A DNA stretch of 64,000 nt from an uncultured Pseudomonadales bacterium (GCA_964603945.1 CAZRWP010000003.1:6830-70829), one strand, 5' to 3'. Positions 39,334 to 49,740 are shown, numbered from the stretch's first letter. A program made the numbers and translations. Notes: a model not told the origin generated them from the letters alone.

Positions 39334-42300
39334 TTCAGAAGGCTACAGCTAAAACCAAAAAAACATCATCTGTTGAGACCGGGCGAAAGGCAAAGGTCAA
39401 GCAGACCCGCCGCAATCAAAACACTCAAAAAACAGCCGTTAATGGTCGGACAAGCAATGGTCAGCTGAGTAAAAGTCAGGCAAAAAATGGTCATTTAAGT
39501 AGCGGACACTCGGCCAATGGCCACTTAACCAAAGCTCAACTTACTAATGGTCACGTCAAGCAGGCTACAACTGAAGTAAATCTAGATTCAGCTGTGTCGC
39601 CACGTCCATACCGCCAAAAAATGAAGTTCACGGAGCGCCAGCTGGATCCCGGCATGGGAATGGCGGTGGCGCGCCGCACCTATCTGCGCAAGAAAGAAGA
39701 TAAAAATGGCAAGGAAAAATGGGAAACCTGGGGTGAGGTAGCTGAGCGCGTCGCGCGCGGGAACACCGCCTTGCTGGGCAAGAAAAAACTTCAGCACCAA
39801 AAAGATGAATACAAGTTGCTCAAAAAACACATCGCCAACGGCTCAATTTTAATGTCCGGCCGCCACCTACAACACGGCGACGAGACTCAGCCAGGACGCA
39901 ACATGGAGGTTTTTACTAATTGTCTAGAAAAAAACACCAAGATTCTCACTCAAGAATATGGTCCAATTGAAATTGGCAAGTTGGCTGGCAAAACAATTAC
40001 CGTCAAAGCGGCTGATGGTGAATGGCGTCAAGCGGAAGCAAAGTCCTATGGAAAGCAAAAACTTTACAAAATTACCTTTGTCCCAAAAACTGGAACAAGC
40101 AATTACTCACACACTGTAGTTGCCACTAGAAATCACCGTTGGTTTTTAGAAGATGGCTCTGTTACTGATAATCTACAAGTTGATGATAGCCTGGATGTAG
40201 CTCCACAGCTCGAAGCTGAAGCTCCTGAAGGAATTCAGCATGGACTAATTTTTGGCGATGGTTCAGCTCACAAAAGCAGAAAAGATTATCCGGTGGAAAT
40301 GGTTTCTCAAGGAAGGGAATATCCAGCCATTCGATTGTGTGGAGCAGATAAGAAATACTTAGAATACTTTGAAGATGAATCAGTTAGTTATCCCCCGCAT
40401 GCCAATGGAGACCCTGTTGTTTACGTTGGCAGAAAATCATTCCTTAAAGATTTGCCATACACACTTGATTCAAGTTATATTGCTGGCTTTATAAAAGGCT
40501 GGTGGATGGCTGGCGGTTCTAAGACATTGACCAATACACAAAGCATCGAGATTTCTACCGTCCGCGAAGATGCCATTGCTTGGCTAGAAGATTACGCCGC
40601 TTATGCTGGCTACATAATCACGTCTCACCGGATTATAGAAAGAAAAGAGCAAGATGGCAGTTATAAAAATGGGAAGCCCTTGCATTGCATTCGACTATCT
40701 CAGACCGCAATTAGAAAAGTTGCCTCCATCGAACCTTTTGGTGAAGATGAGGTTTATTGTGTTGAAGAACCGGTGACAACGGGGTTTGTATTGGCCAATG
40801 GATTATTGACTGGTAACTGCTCCACCGCCTCCAATTCCTACCTTTTGTTTTATTTGTTAATGAACGGTTCCGGCGTCGGTCGCGCCTATGACGACGATAT
40901 GTGCATTGTGGACTGGGATAACATGCCCAATCTGCGCTGTGTTTTGTCGGATGAACACCCGGATTTTGAGTGGGGTAAAGATGAAAGTGTCCGTGACGCC
41001 GAGCACAAATACGGTCACGGTGACACCATTCATTGGTTTGAGGTGCCGGATAGCCGCGAAGGCTGGGCGCAAGCCGTTGAATTGTTAGAGGTAATGGCTT
41101 TTGAGAAAAAATTCAAAAATGACCTGGTGATACTAGACTTTTCTAAGGTTAGAGCCAAGGGCGCGCCGATTCACGGTATGCAGGATCGGCCGGCCTCTGG
41201 GCCTAAACCATTAATGAACGCCATTGAGCGGGTGGCCACCGTTAAAGGAGCTGGCATGTCCGCCTGGAAGCAAGCTATTTTTGTTGACCACTATCTAGCC
41301 GAATGTGTGTTGGTGGGTGGCGCGCGCCGGAGCGCGCGCATCGCGACCAAGGTGTGGACCGATCCGGAAGTTTTGGAATTTATTAACATCAAGCGAGGCG
41401 GCTTTTTGTGGAGTGCCAACAATTCTGTGGCCGTAGATGAAAAATTCTGGGAGCAAAAGACCGCGCACGCCCGAAAAGTTCTTAAAACAATTTTAGAGGC
41501 CAGTTACCATGATGGTACGGGTGAGCCCGGTTTTGTTAATCAGCACATGCTGGTCCAAAATGACGACGGCTACAGCGGTTACAGCGACGGTAAATACGCC
41601 GAGAGCAAAAAATACAAACCAATGGCGCGCACGGAAAAACTTTTAGCCAAGGTTGCCCGCAACGCCGGCGCTAAGGTCTATCACCAAATCCCCAATCCCT
41701 GCGGCGAAATTACCCTTAACATGCTGGGTGGCTACTGCGTGATTGGCGATGTGGTACCATTTTTCGCCCCTAGCTTGGATGCGGCCGAAGAAGCTTTCCG
41801 TGCCGTAACCCGCGCTTTAATTCGCGTCAACTTAATGGACTCTTTGTATAATCGTGAAGTTAAACGCACCAACCGAATTGGTGTCGGCATGACTGGTATT
41901 CACGAGTTTGCTTGGAATGCTTTTGGTTACGACTTCAACGATCTAATTGATGAAGACAAATCTAAAGATTTTTGGCTGACCCTTAATCGCTTTAAACGGG
42001 CAGTTGATGAAGAGGCGACCAAATACGCCAAGACAATTGGTGTTAATGTGCCTCACACCAACACTACCATCAAGCCATCCGGAACAGTTTCCAAGCTATT
42101 TGCCCTGACTGAGGGCGCTCACTTACCCAGTATGCGCGAGTATATTCGTTGGGTGCAGTATCGGTCTGATGACGCCTCGCTCGACTCTTACCGCGAGCAA
42201 GGCTATCCAGTCAAAGAGCTTAAAAGCTATACTGGTTCATCAGTGGTAGGTTTCCCCACTCAACCGATGATCTGCCGCTTGGGCATGGAAGACCGCTTGG

Positions 42301-42686
42301 TCACCGCCGCCGAGGCTTCACCGGAAGACCAATACAAATGGCTGATGTTACTTGAAAAATACTGGATTGTTGGCGTGGATGATGAGGGAAATCCGCTGGA
42401 AGATACTGGTAATCAGGTGTCTTATACTCTCAAGTACAATCCACAAAAAGTGACCTTTGAGGAGTACGCTGACATGGTCAAAAAATACCAAAGTCAGGTC
42501 AAATGCTGCTCAGTTATGCCTCAGCAGGACAATACCGCTTATGAATATCAGCCGGAACAGCCAGTCACCAGTTCAGAATTCATGAAGATCATCCGCGAAA
42601 TTGAGAAGGCCGCCGATGCTGGCGACCTCCACGAGGACATCGACTACGAACACCTGAAATGTTCCACCGGCGCCTGCCCGATTTAA
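39330..42686 (+). CDS. Ribonucleotide reductase catalytic subunit (probably class II/NrdJ-like) containing an intein and an N-terminal NGHL-repeat extension
   Basis: Active-site NPCGEI (VYHQIPNPCGEITL); no NrdB nearby; ATGA overlap with nrdR; a 299-aa insertion is bounded by Cys198 and Asn496|Cys497. Confidence 0.75.
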   Translation: MIQKATAKTKKTSSVETGRKAKVKQTRRNQNTQKTAVNGRTSNGQLSKSQAKNGHLSSGHSANGHLTKAQLTNGHVKQATTEVNLDSAVSPRPYRQKMKFTERQLDPGMGMAVARRTYLRKKEDKNGKEKWETWGEVAERVARGNTALLGKKKLQHQKDEYKLLKKHIANGSILMSGRHLQHGDETQPGRNMEVFTNCLEKNTKILTQEYGPIEIGKLAGKTITVKAADGEWRQAEAKSYGKQKLYKITFVPKTGTSNYSHTVVATRNHRWFLEDGSVTDNLQVDDSLDVAPQLEAEAPEGIQHGLIFGDGSAHKSRKDYPVEMVSQGREYPAIRLCGADKKYLEYFEDESVSYPPHANGDPVVYVGRKSFLKDLPYTLDSSYIAGFIKGWWMAGGSKTLTNTQSIEISTVREDAIAWLEDYAAYAGYIITSHRIIERKEQDGSYKNGKPLHCIRLSQTAIRKVASIEPFGEDEVYCVEEPVTTGFVLANGLLTGNCSTASNSYLLFYLLMNGSGVGRAYDDDMCIVDWDNMPNLRCVLSDEHPDFEWGKDESVRDAEHKYGHGDTIHWFEVPDSREGWAQAVELLEVMAFEKKFKNDLVILDFSKVRAKGAPIHGMQDRPASGPKPLMNAIERVATVKGAGMSAWKQAIFVDHYLAECVLVGGARRSARIATKVWTDPEVLEFINIKRGGFLWSANNSVAVDEKFWEQKTAHARKVLKTILEASYHDGTGEPGFVNQHMLVQNDDGYSGYSDGKYAESKKYKPMARTEKLLAKVARNAGAKVYHQIPNPCGEITLNMLGGYCVIGDVVPFFAPSLDAAEEAFRAVTRALIRVNLMDSLYNREVKRTNRIGVGMTGIHEFAWNAFGYDFNDLIDEDKSKDFWLTLNRFKRAVDEEATKYAKTIGVNVPHTNTTIKPSGTVSKLFALTEGAHLPSMREYIRWVQYRSDDASLDSYREQGYPVKELKSYTGSSVVGFPTQPMICRLGMEDRLVTAAEASPEDQYKWLMLLEKYWIVGVDDEGNPLEDTGNQVSYTLKYNPQKVTFEEYADMVKKYQSQVKCCSVMPQQDNTAYEYQPEQPVTSSEFMKIIREIEKAADAGDLHEDIDYEHLKCSTGACPI
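39921..40817 (+). mobile_element. Intein with LAGLIDADG-type homing endonuclease motifs inside the ribonucleotide reductase gene
   Basis: Begins at CLEKNTKIL (Cys1), ends ...LLTGN followed by the extein Cys; internal motifs GLIFGDGSAHKS and AGFIKGWWMAGGS (LAGLIDADG-like). The penultimate residue is Gly rather than the usual His. Confidence 0.6.
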
Positions 42687-42739
42687 AGAGTTAAGTGCCA
42701 GTTTTGGTGTTAAGAAATTGCCATCCCAAACAGGCTATA

Positions 42740-45700
42740 ATGCTGATTGTGAGACGTTTGATAAAGCCTCTGTTATTGGCCTTGGCATTTTTGTTGTCGA
42801 TTCCCTCGGTGGCGCAAGCCGCTTGTGGCGAAGGCCAAATTGATTTGCTGGAATACTGGATGCCCAAGGGCAATACCTCTTACAACATGCTGTACTGCAC
42901 CACTTGGCCGGGCTTGCCCGCTAGCGGCCAGACAGTGGGTGGGACGCAGCGAATGCCGGATGCATTGTGGCAGCAGTATCGGGCGCAGGGAGCACCAGGC
43001 GATGGCGCTTTCATGCTGGATGGCGGCACGGATACCAATGGCAATCCTCAGTATTTTGTCTATTCTTATGACGCCAATAATATTTACTTTTTAGAAGACC
43101 AAGTTTGGGGTGGCCAATCCTGTACTGACGGTGGTGGTCCGGCTTTTTACCGAGTTATGAACGCCAGTAATGGTACATGGGGCTCGCCCTATCCCCGCTG
43201 TGTTACACCTGGCGAAACTTTTTCTACCAATGAACAAGCGGTGGCTTATTCCAAAGCTTCCTATAGCGAAGGTTTTAAAACTGCTTTAACAGGCGGAGCT
43301 TTGCCCCGGCCAGTTGCCTGTGAGAATCCTTTGGCTGGTGCTTCCACGCCATCTAAAGCCGTTGAGTTAGTCGATAATATTGGTTCTTCTGAAGCGGGTG
43401 TGCAGTGCTTGGATGAACCTTCGATTGCCTTTAAAGCAGTTGGTGGTTCTGGCTCTGGCGAAACAATGTATTTCACTAAAGGTTTTGGCATGACGGCTTT
43501 TGTGGCTAAAGAAGGCAGTGCTACTACTTTTCATTCGGCTTACCATGATCCAAGTTGTGCCTTTCCGCCAGATTTAAGTTGTAGTGAGGATGAGACTGGC
43601 AAGGCGCCGCTATTCATTTATCCGCAAAATAATAATCCAACTGACTGGAATAAATACCTGGCCAATTCTCAGGTTTATTGTGCGCCTGGTCAGGTAAATT
43701 GGCCTAAACTAGAAGGAACTTCGCCAAATCTGCAAAACTGTACACCTGCCAGTGGATCGGAGGTCGATCCCTTGGGTCAAGGAGTTATCAATACTGATGG
43801 TAGTGCCTGTGAACCTCAGGAATATCCGGTGGTTGATTTTGTGGAGTCTTATAATTTGCAGAATTTTACTTTGCCTTTGTTCCGTAATCAGTCGGGTGGA
43901 ATTAGTATTGAGTCTGATTTGTCCCGCGTGAATCCGGAAGATACCCTAGCTCAAGCCATCAAGCGGAATGCTCGGCCTGATTACGCACCCCAGTTTTTCC
44001 TGTCTTCGCCGCAGATGCAGTGTTTGAATGCGGTTCGTTATGTTAATTACGTTAATGATTTATGTGCCGAATATGGGCCTGAAAGCGAGGAGTGCTCAGC
44101 TAAAAAAGTCGTGAATTTGCCAGGTGGTGGCTTCCGCAACTGGGAGGCTGTGACCGCTCTGCTCACTGAAGATAAATGCCTGAACTTCACGCCGGAAATG
44201 GAACAAAACACCGATGTGGCTCAAATTGTCCGTAGCTTGCAAACTTATACTCCCAGCGCTTACAAGATGGGGTTTTTAGTTCAGCATAATTACCTGTTTG
44301 ATGGTGGGGCTAATAGTCTGCTTGGTCGCGGTCAATACTTGGTCAAATCAATTGCGGCTTGGTTAAAGGGCGACACCCAGCCAGATCCGCGGATTAAAGA
44401 ACACTTAGTAGTGGTGCCGGTTTGGTATCAATCAGGAATTACGACTAATGAATATAATCGAGACCAAATTGCCCCTTATCCAATCGATCCAGAGACCGTT
44501 GATCTGGAAAACGTCAAAGTCAGCGAAGACAATTTTAAGGGACCATTTTGGCAAACGTACGCGCCGGTTTTGCCTTTGAATATTCAGGAGGCAATCTTCA
44601 AAACCAAAGCTAAAACAGTTAAGGAAAATTATGAACTATTGATTGAGCGAGTCCGGCGGACCGATCCCAATGATATTTTGCCCTGTGAAGGCGATGAATG
44701 CATCCGAATTGACTCAGAATATCTGGAAGAATTAAAACAGTCTTTCCCGGCTAGTTTCTTCAAAGATCAAAGTAATGAGCAAGTTTATGGATTTTTGATT
44801 GCCTTGCAGAGATCCATTGTCGCTCGGATCAATTCTGGCATTCAAGAAACTGAGGAATATATTCCGCTAGACGAGCGTCCAGATGACTACGATGAGCCTC
44901 CGGGACCGTTGTCAGCACGAAGCTTTAATCGCTGTGAGGTTGATCCCAAAAACATCAAGTTCGGTGAGAGCGAAACTGCCAGTGATATTAATTACCAAGC
45001 TCTTCAGCCGTTAGCCAATGAAGATGAAGACCCGGCCTTAGTTGCTAAAGCCATTGACGCAATTCGCAATGAGTTTCGAGCCAAGATTCTTTGGCAAGAT
45101 CCTGACTTGGAACACCAATTTCCCAAAAGTTATAGCTACATAATTTTGCCCGATGAATCAATCGATATCGACATTGCTCAAGCCTATGTCACCCCAATGT
45201 TTTTGAGTCCGCAGATGTATGACTCTATTATGAGTGGCGAGAATCCGCTCTACCCGTGGAAAACCGATGGCGGTGTAGATGGCGGCATGGGTGGTGCAGG
45301 CAGTGGTGATTCAGCCGATTATCTGTCGGCCTTTTTGCGAACTAGTGGCTATGACCGTCAATATTCATCAGAAGAGCGAGGGTACGTTAAGATGGAACGG
45401 ATTATCACTCAGTACGGCTCAACTTGTACAACTGCCCCGCCAGGCGGAGCCATCTCAATTGATCCAACTGAACCAGTCTGTACCTGCAATATGGAACGCG
45501 TGGCCGACCCAATTATTGAGGACATGGGCTGGGAAGAGTATCCATCAATTCATGACAGCGAAGAGCCGACCATTACCAATGGCTGTCGCAAAGTAGAGTA
45601 CATTCAAAAAGAAAAAAGCACCGTCAAAGCGATTGATAGTTTGCCGGAGGATAATCCCGATTCTAATTTACAAGTACCAGGGAAAACAATGGCCCTGCAT

Positions 45701-46636
45701 GAATATTTGCGACGCATGGCTTTTACACCTCACTATTTAATTCAAAAGTATGAAGGCTTGGAACAGTTTTACCAAAATGGCGTGCCGATTCCGGAATTTC
45801 TCAAAAAGTCTCTGGACAAGCTGAGCGGATATTTTGCCCAGCTCCAAAATATGTCTAGTACTTATGGCGAGGCAAACTCAGCTGGCACTTGTGGCACAGT
45901 TTATGTCAATAGGAGCAAAGCCCAGCAGTACGCTGATGAAATTCGTCAGCTAATGAGTGCAGAAATGAAAGCAGATATGTTGACCCAGTACCCACGAGCC
46001 CAGTTGTATGGCGAGTGCGGTGGTCAGGATTGTGTTGAATTTATCTTGAACACTGTTTTGGAGTATCCAATTTGCAATGGCGATAGGTACGTAAATCCAT
46101 ATATGGCGATTGCGATTGGCATGACTGAGACCGGCGGTCTGCAAGGGATTGGCGAAAATAATACCGGCTTTCACTTTGGTTGCAGTCCAATTGCTTTTTC
46201 GGCTTATAAGCCTGGTGCAACTCACAATGGACTCCAGTGTGTAGTGGAAAACGCCACGCCAAATCAGGTAATTAATCCACTGCTTGTGTGGAATGAGGAT
46301 GTCTTAAATTCTTGTGTTGATGTTAGCGGTGGCGCGGTGCCAACTTACGGCACGGTTCGGCGGGAGCAGACAGTTGAGGATGGTCTAGCCTGTATGGTGG
46401 CCACGTTCCATCGCTACTGCCAGAGCATTGAAGGTGACAATATCGATGTTTACGCGATTCAGGGTGATCCCAATGTAGCTGAAGACATGTATGGTTACGG
46501 TTCTTTCCCAGGTCCTTTGGTCAGCAGATTTAATGAATTGATTGTTTTAGCCCAAAGATCCGGTACCATGACTCCAGCCTTGGAAGCCAGAATTAAAACA
46601 TCAATTACCGAGATGACTTCTGGGTGTACTAATTAA
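42740..46636 (+). CDS. Giant secreted/cell-surface Cys-rich protein (~1298 aa mature precursor), function unknown
   Basis: Sec signal peptide MLIVRRLIKPLLLALAFLLSIPSVAQA|ACGEG; many Cys residues throughout; no catalytic motif recognised. The ORF-track start at 42695 is a GTG upstream of this ATG. Confidence 0.6.
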   Translation: MLIVRRLIKPLLLALAFLLSIPSVAQAACGEGQIDLLEYWMPKGNTSYNMLYCTTWPGLPASGQTVGGTQRMPDALWQQYRAQGAPGDGAFMLDGGTDTNGNPQYFVYSYDANNIYFLEDQVWGGQSCTDGGGPAFYRVMNASNGTWGSPYPRCVTPGETFSTNEQAVAYSKASYSEGFKTALTGGALPRPVACENPLAGASTPSKAVELVDNIGSSEAGVQCLDEPSIAFKAVGGSGSGETMYFTKGFGMTAFVAKEGSATTFHSAYHDPSCAFPPDLSCSEDETGKAPLFIYPQNNNPTDWNKYLANSQVYCAPGQVNWPKLEGTSPNLQNCTPASGSEVDPLGQGVINTDGSACEPQEYPVVDFVESYNLQNFTLPLFRNQSGGISIESDLSRVNPEDTLAQAIKRNARPDYAPQFFLSSPQMQCLNAVRYVNYVNDLCAEYGPESEECSAKKVVNLPGGGFRNWEAVTALLTEDKCLNFTPEMEQNTDVAQIVRSLQTYTPSAYKMGFLVQHNYLFDGGANSLLGRGQYLVKSIAAWLKGDTQPDPRIKEHLVVVPVWYQSGITTNEYNRDQIAPYPIDPETVDLENVKVSEDNFKGPFWQTYAPVLPLNIQEAIFKTKAKTVKENYELLIERVRRTDPNDILPCEGDECIRIDSEYLEELKQSFPASFFKDQSNEQVYGFLIALQRSIVARINSGIQETEEYIPLDERPDDYDEPPGPLSARSFNRCEVDPKNIKFGESETASDINYQALQPLANEDEDPALVAKAIDAIRNEFRAKILWQDPDLEHQFPKSYSYIILPDESIDIDIAQAYVTPMFLSPQMYDSIMSGENPLYPWKTDGGVDGGMGGAGSGDSADYLSAFLRTSGYDRQYSSEERGYVKMERIITQYGSTCTTAPPGGAISIDPTEPVCTCNMERVADPIIEDMGWEEYPSIHDSEEPTITNGCRKVEYIQKEKSTVKAIDSLPEDNPDSNLQVPGKTMALHEYLRRMAFTPHYLIQKYEGLEQFYQNGVPIPEFLKKSLDKLSGYFAQLQNMSSTYGEANSAGTCGTVYVNRSKAQQYADEIRQLMSAEMKADMLTQYPRAQLYGECGGQDCVEFILNTVLEYPICNGDRYVNPYMAIAIGMTETGGLQGIGENNTGFHFGCSPIAFSAYKPGATHNGLQCVVENATPNQVINPLLVWNEDVLNSCVDVSGGAVPTYGTVRREQTVEDGLACMVATFHRYCQSIEGDNIDVYAIQGDPNVAEDMYGYGSFPGPLVSRFNELIVLAQRSGTMTPALEARIKTSITEMTSGCTN

Positions 46637-46697
46637 TTTGATTCTATAAATCAGCTAGCTTGTTCTAAATATTTAGCCAGCTACAATAGAAAGAGAT

Positions 46698-47084
46698 ATG
46701 ACATTATTAAATAAATTAGCCAGTCCTTTTCAGGCTGGCGACAAGGGCAAAGTAATTGGCGTTGTTGAGCCGATTTCGATTCGTCGTCAGGACGGCTCAG
46801 AAGAAGAGGGGGTTTTGGCCAAAGTTGACACAGGTGAAGACTACTCTCAAATTGATAAAAAATTAGCTCAGGAGTTAGGTTTATATAGTGCCGAGTTGGT
46901 GGTTGATCGGATTACCACTGAGATTGATGGTCGCGAGCGACTAGTTGAACAAATTGAGGTTAGCTTCACGATAGATGGCGATTGGTTGAACTCCCGTTGG
47001 TTGGTCTTAGATTTAGCCGATGAAAAACAGTTAGTGGTGCTGGGGAAAGAGGACTTAAGAGGGTATTTGGTAAGAATTCCGTAG
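46698..47084 (+). CDS. Retropepsin-like aspartic peptidase fold protein (COG4067/RimB-like)
   Basis: AKVDTGEDYS (D-T-G) and C-terminal VVLGKEDLRGYLV resemble the LLGRxxLxG ending of this family. Confidence 0.45.
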   Translation: MTLLNKLASPFQAGDKGKVIGVVEPISIRRQDGSEEEGVLAKVDTGEDYSQIDKKLAQELGLYSAELVVDRITTEIDGRERLVEQIEVSFTIDGDWLNSRWLVLDLADEKQLVVLGKEDLRGYLVRIP

Positions 47085-47085
47085 C

Positions 47086-47200
47086 GTTTTACATTCTCCA
47101 TTTGATCAAGTAGCCGCCCGTCACTTGATTACATTCTCCATTTACTCAAGGCATGAGCCGTCACCAGATTATAGTCTCTCCCTCTGATAAACTACAGCCT
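47086..47200. repeat. Family C-related degenerate repeat segment (tandem ACATTCTCCATTT...TCAAG units; ends in the ATAGTCTCTCCCT motif)
   Basis: Shares GCCCGTCACTTGA and CCAGATTATAGTCTCTCCCT with the arms of the element at 61992–62178. Confidence 0.6.
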
Positions 47201-47210
47201 GGAGATAAAA

Positions 47211-48392
47211 ATGACACTCGATCATAATGGCACTAAAAAGAAAGTAGCGCTGGGATTGTCCGGCGGTGTTGACTCGGCCGTTTCAGCTCACTTACTAAAA
47301 TCTGCTGGTTATGAAGTGACCGGCGTATTTTTGCAGTGCTGGCGCGCCCCTGGCTGCCGCGCCGAAGATGACCGCAAGGACGCCTTAGCAGTGGCGCTAG
47401 ACCTAGACATTCCTTTTGAAGTATTGGATTTTGTGGAGGCTTACCGCAATCAAGTGGTGGAACAATTTTTTGAAGATTATCGGCGCGGTCTGACACCTAA
47501 CCCAGATGTCTGGTGCAACACCGCCATTAAATTTGGCCTGTTTTATGACTGGGCAATGGCCAACGGCTTCGACGCTGTGGCCACTGGTCACTACGCTCAG
47601 ATTGGCGAGCATGATGGGTCACTTGCTCTCGTGCGTGGCGCCGACGCCAAAAAAGACCAGTCTTACTTTTTATACCGCACGCGCCAGGATCAGCTGGACC
47701 ACATCATGTTCCCAATTGGTCATCTGCAAAAATCAGAAGTGCGCCAGGCCGCCCAAGACCGCAATATTGCTGTGGCCGACAAGCCGGATTCTCAAGGCAT
47801 TTGTTTTATCGGCGACATTAATGTGCGGGAGTTTTTGCGTGATAATTTAGGCGAAAAACCAGGCGACGTTTTGGACACCGACGGCAATGTGATCGGCCGA
47901 CACCAGGGTGTATGGTTTTACACCATTGGCCAGCGCCATGGATTTGACCTTTTTCCCAAATTCCGCGCCCAAAACAATGAATGGAAACACGTGTTGCCAC
48001 CCATGTATGTTATCAGTAAAAATGCTGATGAAAACACTATTATTGTAGGTTATGGCGTAGAAACAACGCGCAGTGAAATAGAGGTGCGTGATGTATTTTG
48101 GCGAAATCAGAACTTGAGCAATTTTAATTTACAGAATCCTCAAAAAGAGCATCAGCAGAATCTTCATAATGAACATCAATCGACTGACAATTCCAAACCA
48201 ACACCAATTAAGGCTCGCATCCGCCACGGCGGCGAGCTCTACCAAGCTGATTTTATCTGGACAGATCCAAATAAATCCAGTGGTAAATTAAAATTTGCCG
48301 AGCCAGTCAAAGGCCTGGCTCCTGGCCAAGCGGTAGTGTTTTATGACAACCAGGACGACTCAGTGTGCCTTGGCGGCGCGCAGTTGGGGTAG
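47211..48392 (+). CDS. mnmA: tRNA-specific 2-thiouridylase MnmA
   Basis: PP-loop LGLSGGVDSAV; catalytic Cys region CFIGD; ~390 aa with a low-complexity insertion near aa 300–330. Confidence 0.85.
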   Translation: MTLDHNGTKKKVALGLSGGVDSAVSAHLLKSAGYEVTGVFLQCWRAPGCRAEDDRKDALAVALDLDIPFEVLDFVEAYRNQVVEQFFEDYRRGLTPNPDVWCNTAIKFGLFYDWAMANGFDAVATGHYAQIGEHDGSLALVRGADAKKDQSYFLYRTRQDQLDHIMFPIGHLQKSEVRQAAQDRNIAVADKPDSQGICFIGDINVREFLRDNLGEKPGDVLDTDGNVIGRHQGVWFYTIGQRHGFDLFPKFRAQNNEWKHVLPPMYVISKNADENTIIVGYGVETTRSEIEVRDVFWRNQNLSNFNLQNPQKEHQQNLHNEHQSTDNSKPTPIKARIRHGGELYQADFIWTDPNKSSGKLKFAEPVKGLAPGQAVVFYDNQDDSVCLGGAQLG

Positions 48393-48523
48393 GTGCACAG
48401 ACTTAAAACAATATTTACTGGAAAAATGTCAGATTAGTTGTAAGAAGCTACGCCTTACGTCCTTCCTGCCTGTTAATTATGGTGCTGACTGCTTATACTA
48501 AGAAATGAATCAGGAGGATATTT

Positions 48524-48913
48524 ATGGTAGAAACTGTTGGAACAATTGAGACTGTTAAACCAGCGACTGCTGAGCAACCAATAAAACTCGGACATCTTTC
48601 CCCAGAGGAGTTGGCAACAATGGACTCAGCTAAATTAGTACTTGAGCTTATGGATAGAGTTAAGCAGGCTGAAGCTGACTACGAGGCTGAACAAAAAGAG
48701 GCTGACAGGAAGTCAAAAGAAAATGGAGATCGCAAACAAATTGGCCACGTGATTAATTATCTCAGAAAAAATGGGGCGTTTGCTATTAAAGATGAGCTCA
48801 AGCGGCGCGAACAGGAAAAATCTAAAGAGGGCTCAGACAAACATGATTCTACAATAAAGGAAGTGGGCTCGGAAAATTCTCTAGATGTATCCGGCAACGA
48901 TAACTCTCAGTAA
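48524..48913 (+). CDS. hypothetical protein
   Basis: 129-aa charged ORF. Confidence 0.35.
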   Translation: MVETVGTIETVKPATAEQPIKLGHLSPEELATMDSAKLVLELMDRVKQAEADYEAEQKEADRKSKENGDRKQIGHVINYLRKNGAFAIKDELKRREQEKSKEGSDKHDSTIKEVGSENSLDVSGNDNSQ

Positions 48914-48930
48914 TTTCAAGTAAAACAAAA

Positions 48931-49716
48931 ATGCCCAATTTTGATGTCTCTGCTCATATTGATCAAATTAGAATTTTGGCTTATAGAAATTCGCTAAATT
49001 GTACTTTGCTGGGGTTAGTGCGGGATTTTCCGCTACTACTACTGACTCCAAAGCTCATGGATCCGAACTTGCCAAATCTCTTAATTGCTACTGGTTTTCA
49101 TGGTGATGAGCCGGCTGGTTGTTTGGCTATCAAAGAGATTTTGGAAAACGAATTGGGTGAGTTTGCAGAATTGACTCAGTTTGCCAATTTGTCTTTTCTA
49201 CCAATCGTTAACCCGACCGGCATTGAGGCTGGAATCAGAACCAATTATCTGGGTCAGGATCCTAATCGCGGATTTTACGCTTTGCCCGGTTTTCCAAATA
49301 GTCCTTCCATTGAGGGCGAAATTTTGCTTAAAAATCAGACAAAATTAAAATATTTAGCTAAAGACGGCTTTTTGTCCCTCCATGAGGATGTAGATTTATC
49401 TGACACTTTTTATTTATATACATTTGAAAGTTTGCGGGCGCCAGGTCCTTTTTCTTATGCCATGCAGCTGGTTGCGGCGCGTCATTTTTCCCCGCCGTCT
49501 GACGGAATTTGGGAGGGCGCCCGCGTAAAAAACGGAATCATATATCGACACTCCGACACCTCGTTGGAAGACTATCTATTTAAGTGTGGCATACCACTGA
49601 CGGCCAGCGCCGAGGTGCCAGCGCAAAATTCGTTAGACAAGCGCGTTGCTTTGTGCACTAGCTACATCAAAGCTTTTGCGGAATATTTTCAAACTCAGCC
49701 GAGCGTTTTAATGTGA
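48931..49716 (+). CDS. Zinc carboxypeptidase/deacylase-fold protein (M14 / AstE-AspA family-like)
   Basis: LIATGFHGDEPAG resembles the HGNE zinc-binding motif of this superfamily. Confidence 0.45.
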   Translation: MPNFDVSAHIDQIRILAYRNSLNCTLLGLVRDFPLLLLTPKLMDPNLPNLLIATGFHGDEPAGCLAIKEILENELGEFAELTQFANLSFLPIVNPTGIEAGIRTNYLGQDPNRGFYALPGFPNSPSIEGEILLKNQTKLKYLAKDGFLSLHEDVDLSDTFYLYTFESLRAPGPFSYAMQLVAARHFSPPSDGIWEGARVKNGIIYRHSDTSLEDYLFKCGIPLTASAEVPAQNSLDKRVALCTSYIKAFAEYFQTQPSVLM

Positions 49717-49740
49717 ATGAAAGTACTAACAAAATGTCTT

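Noticed and set aside
46698-49716. A RimK-type peptide-modification module suggested by the co-occurrence of a retropepsin-like COG4067 protein and an AstE/AspA-like deacylase
   Set aside because: No ATP-grasp (RimK-like) gene is present, and the two genes are separated by mnmA and an unrelated ORF. The association is too loose to call a system.
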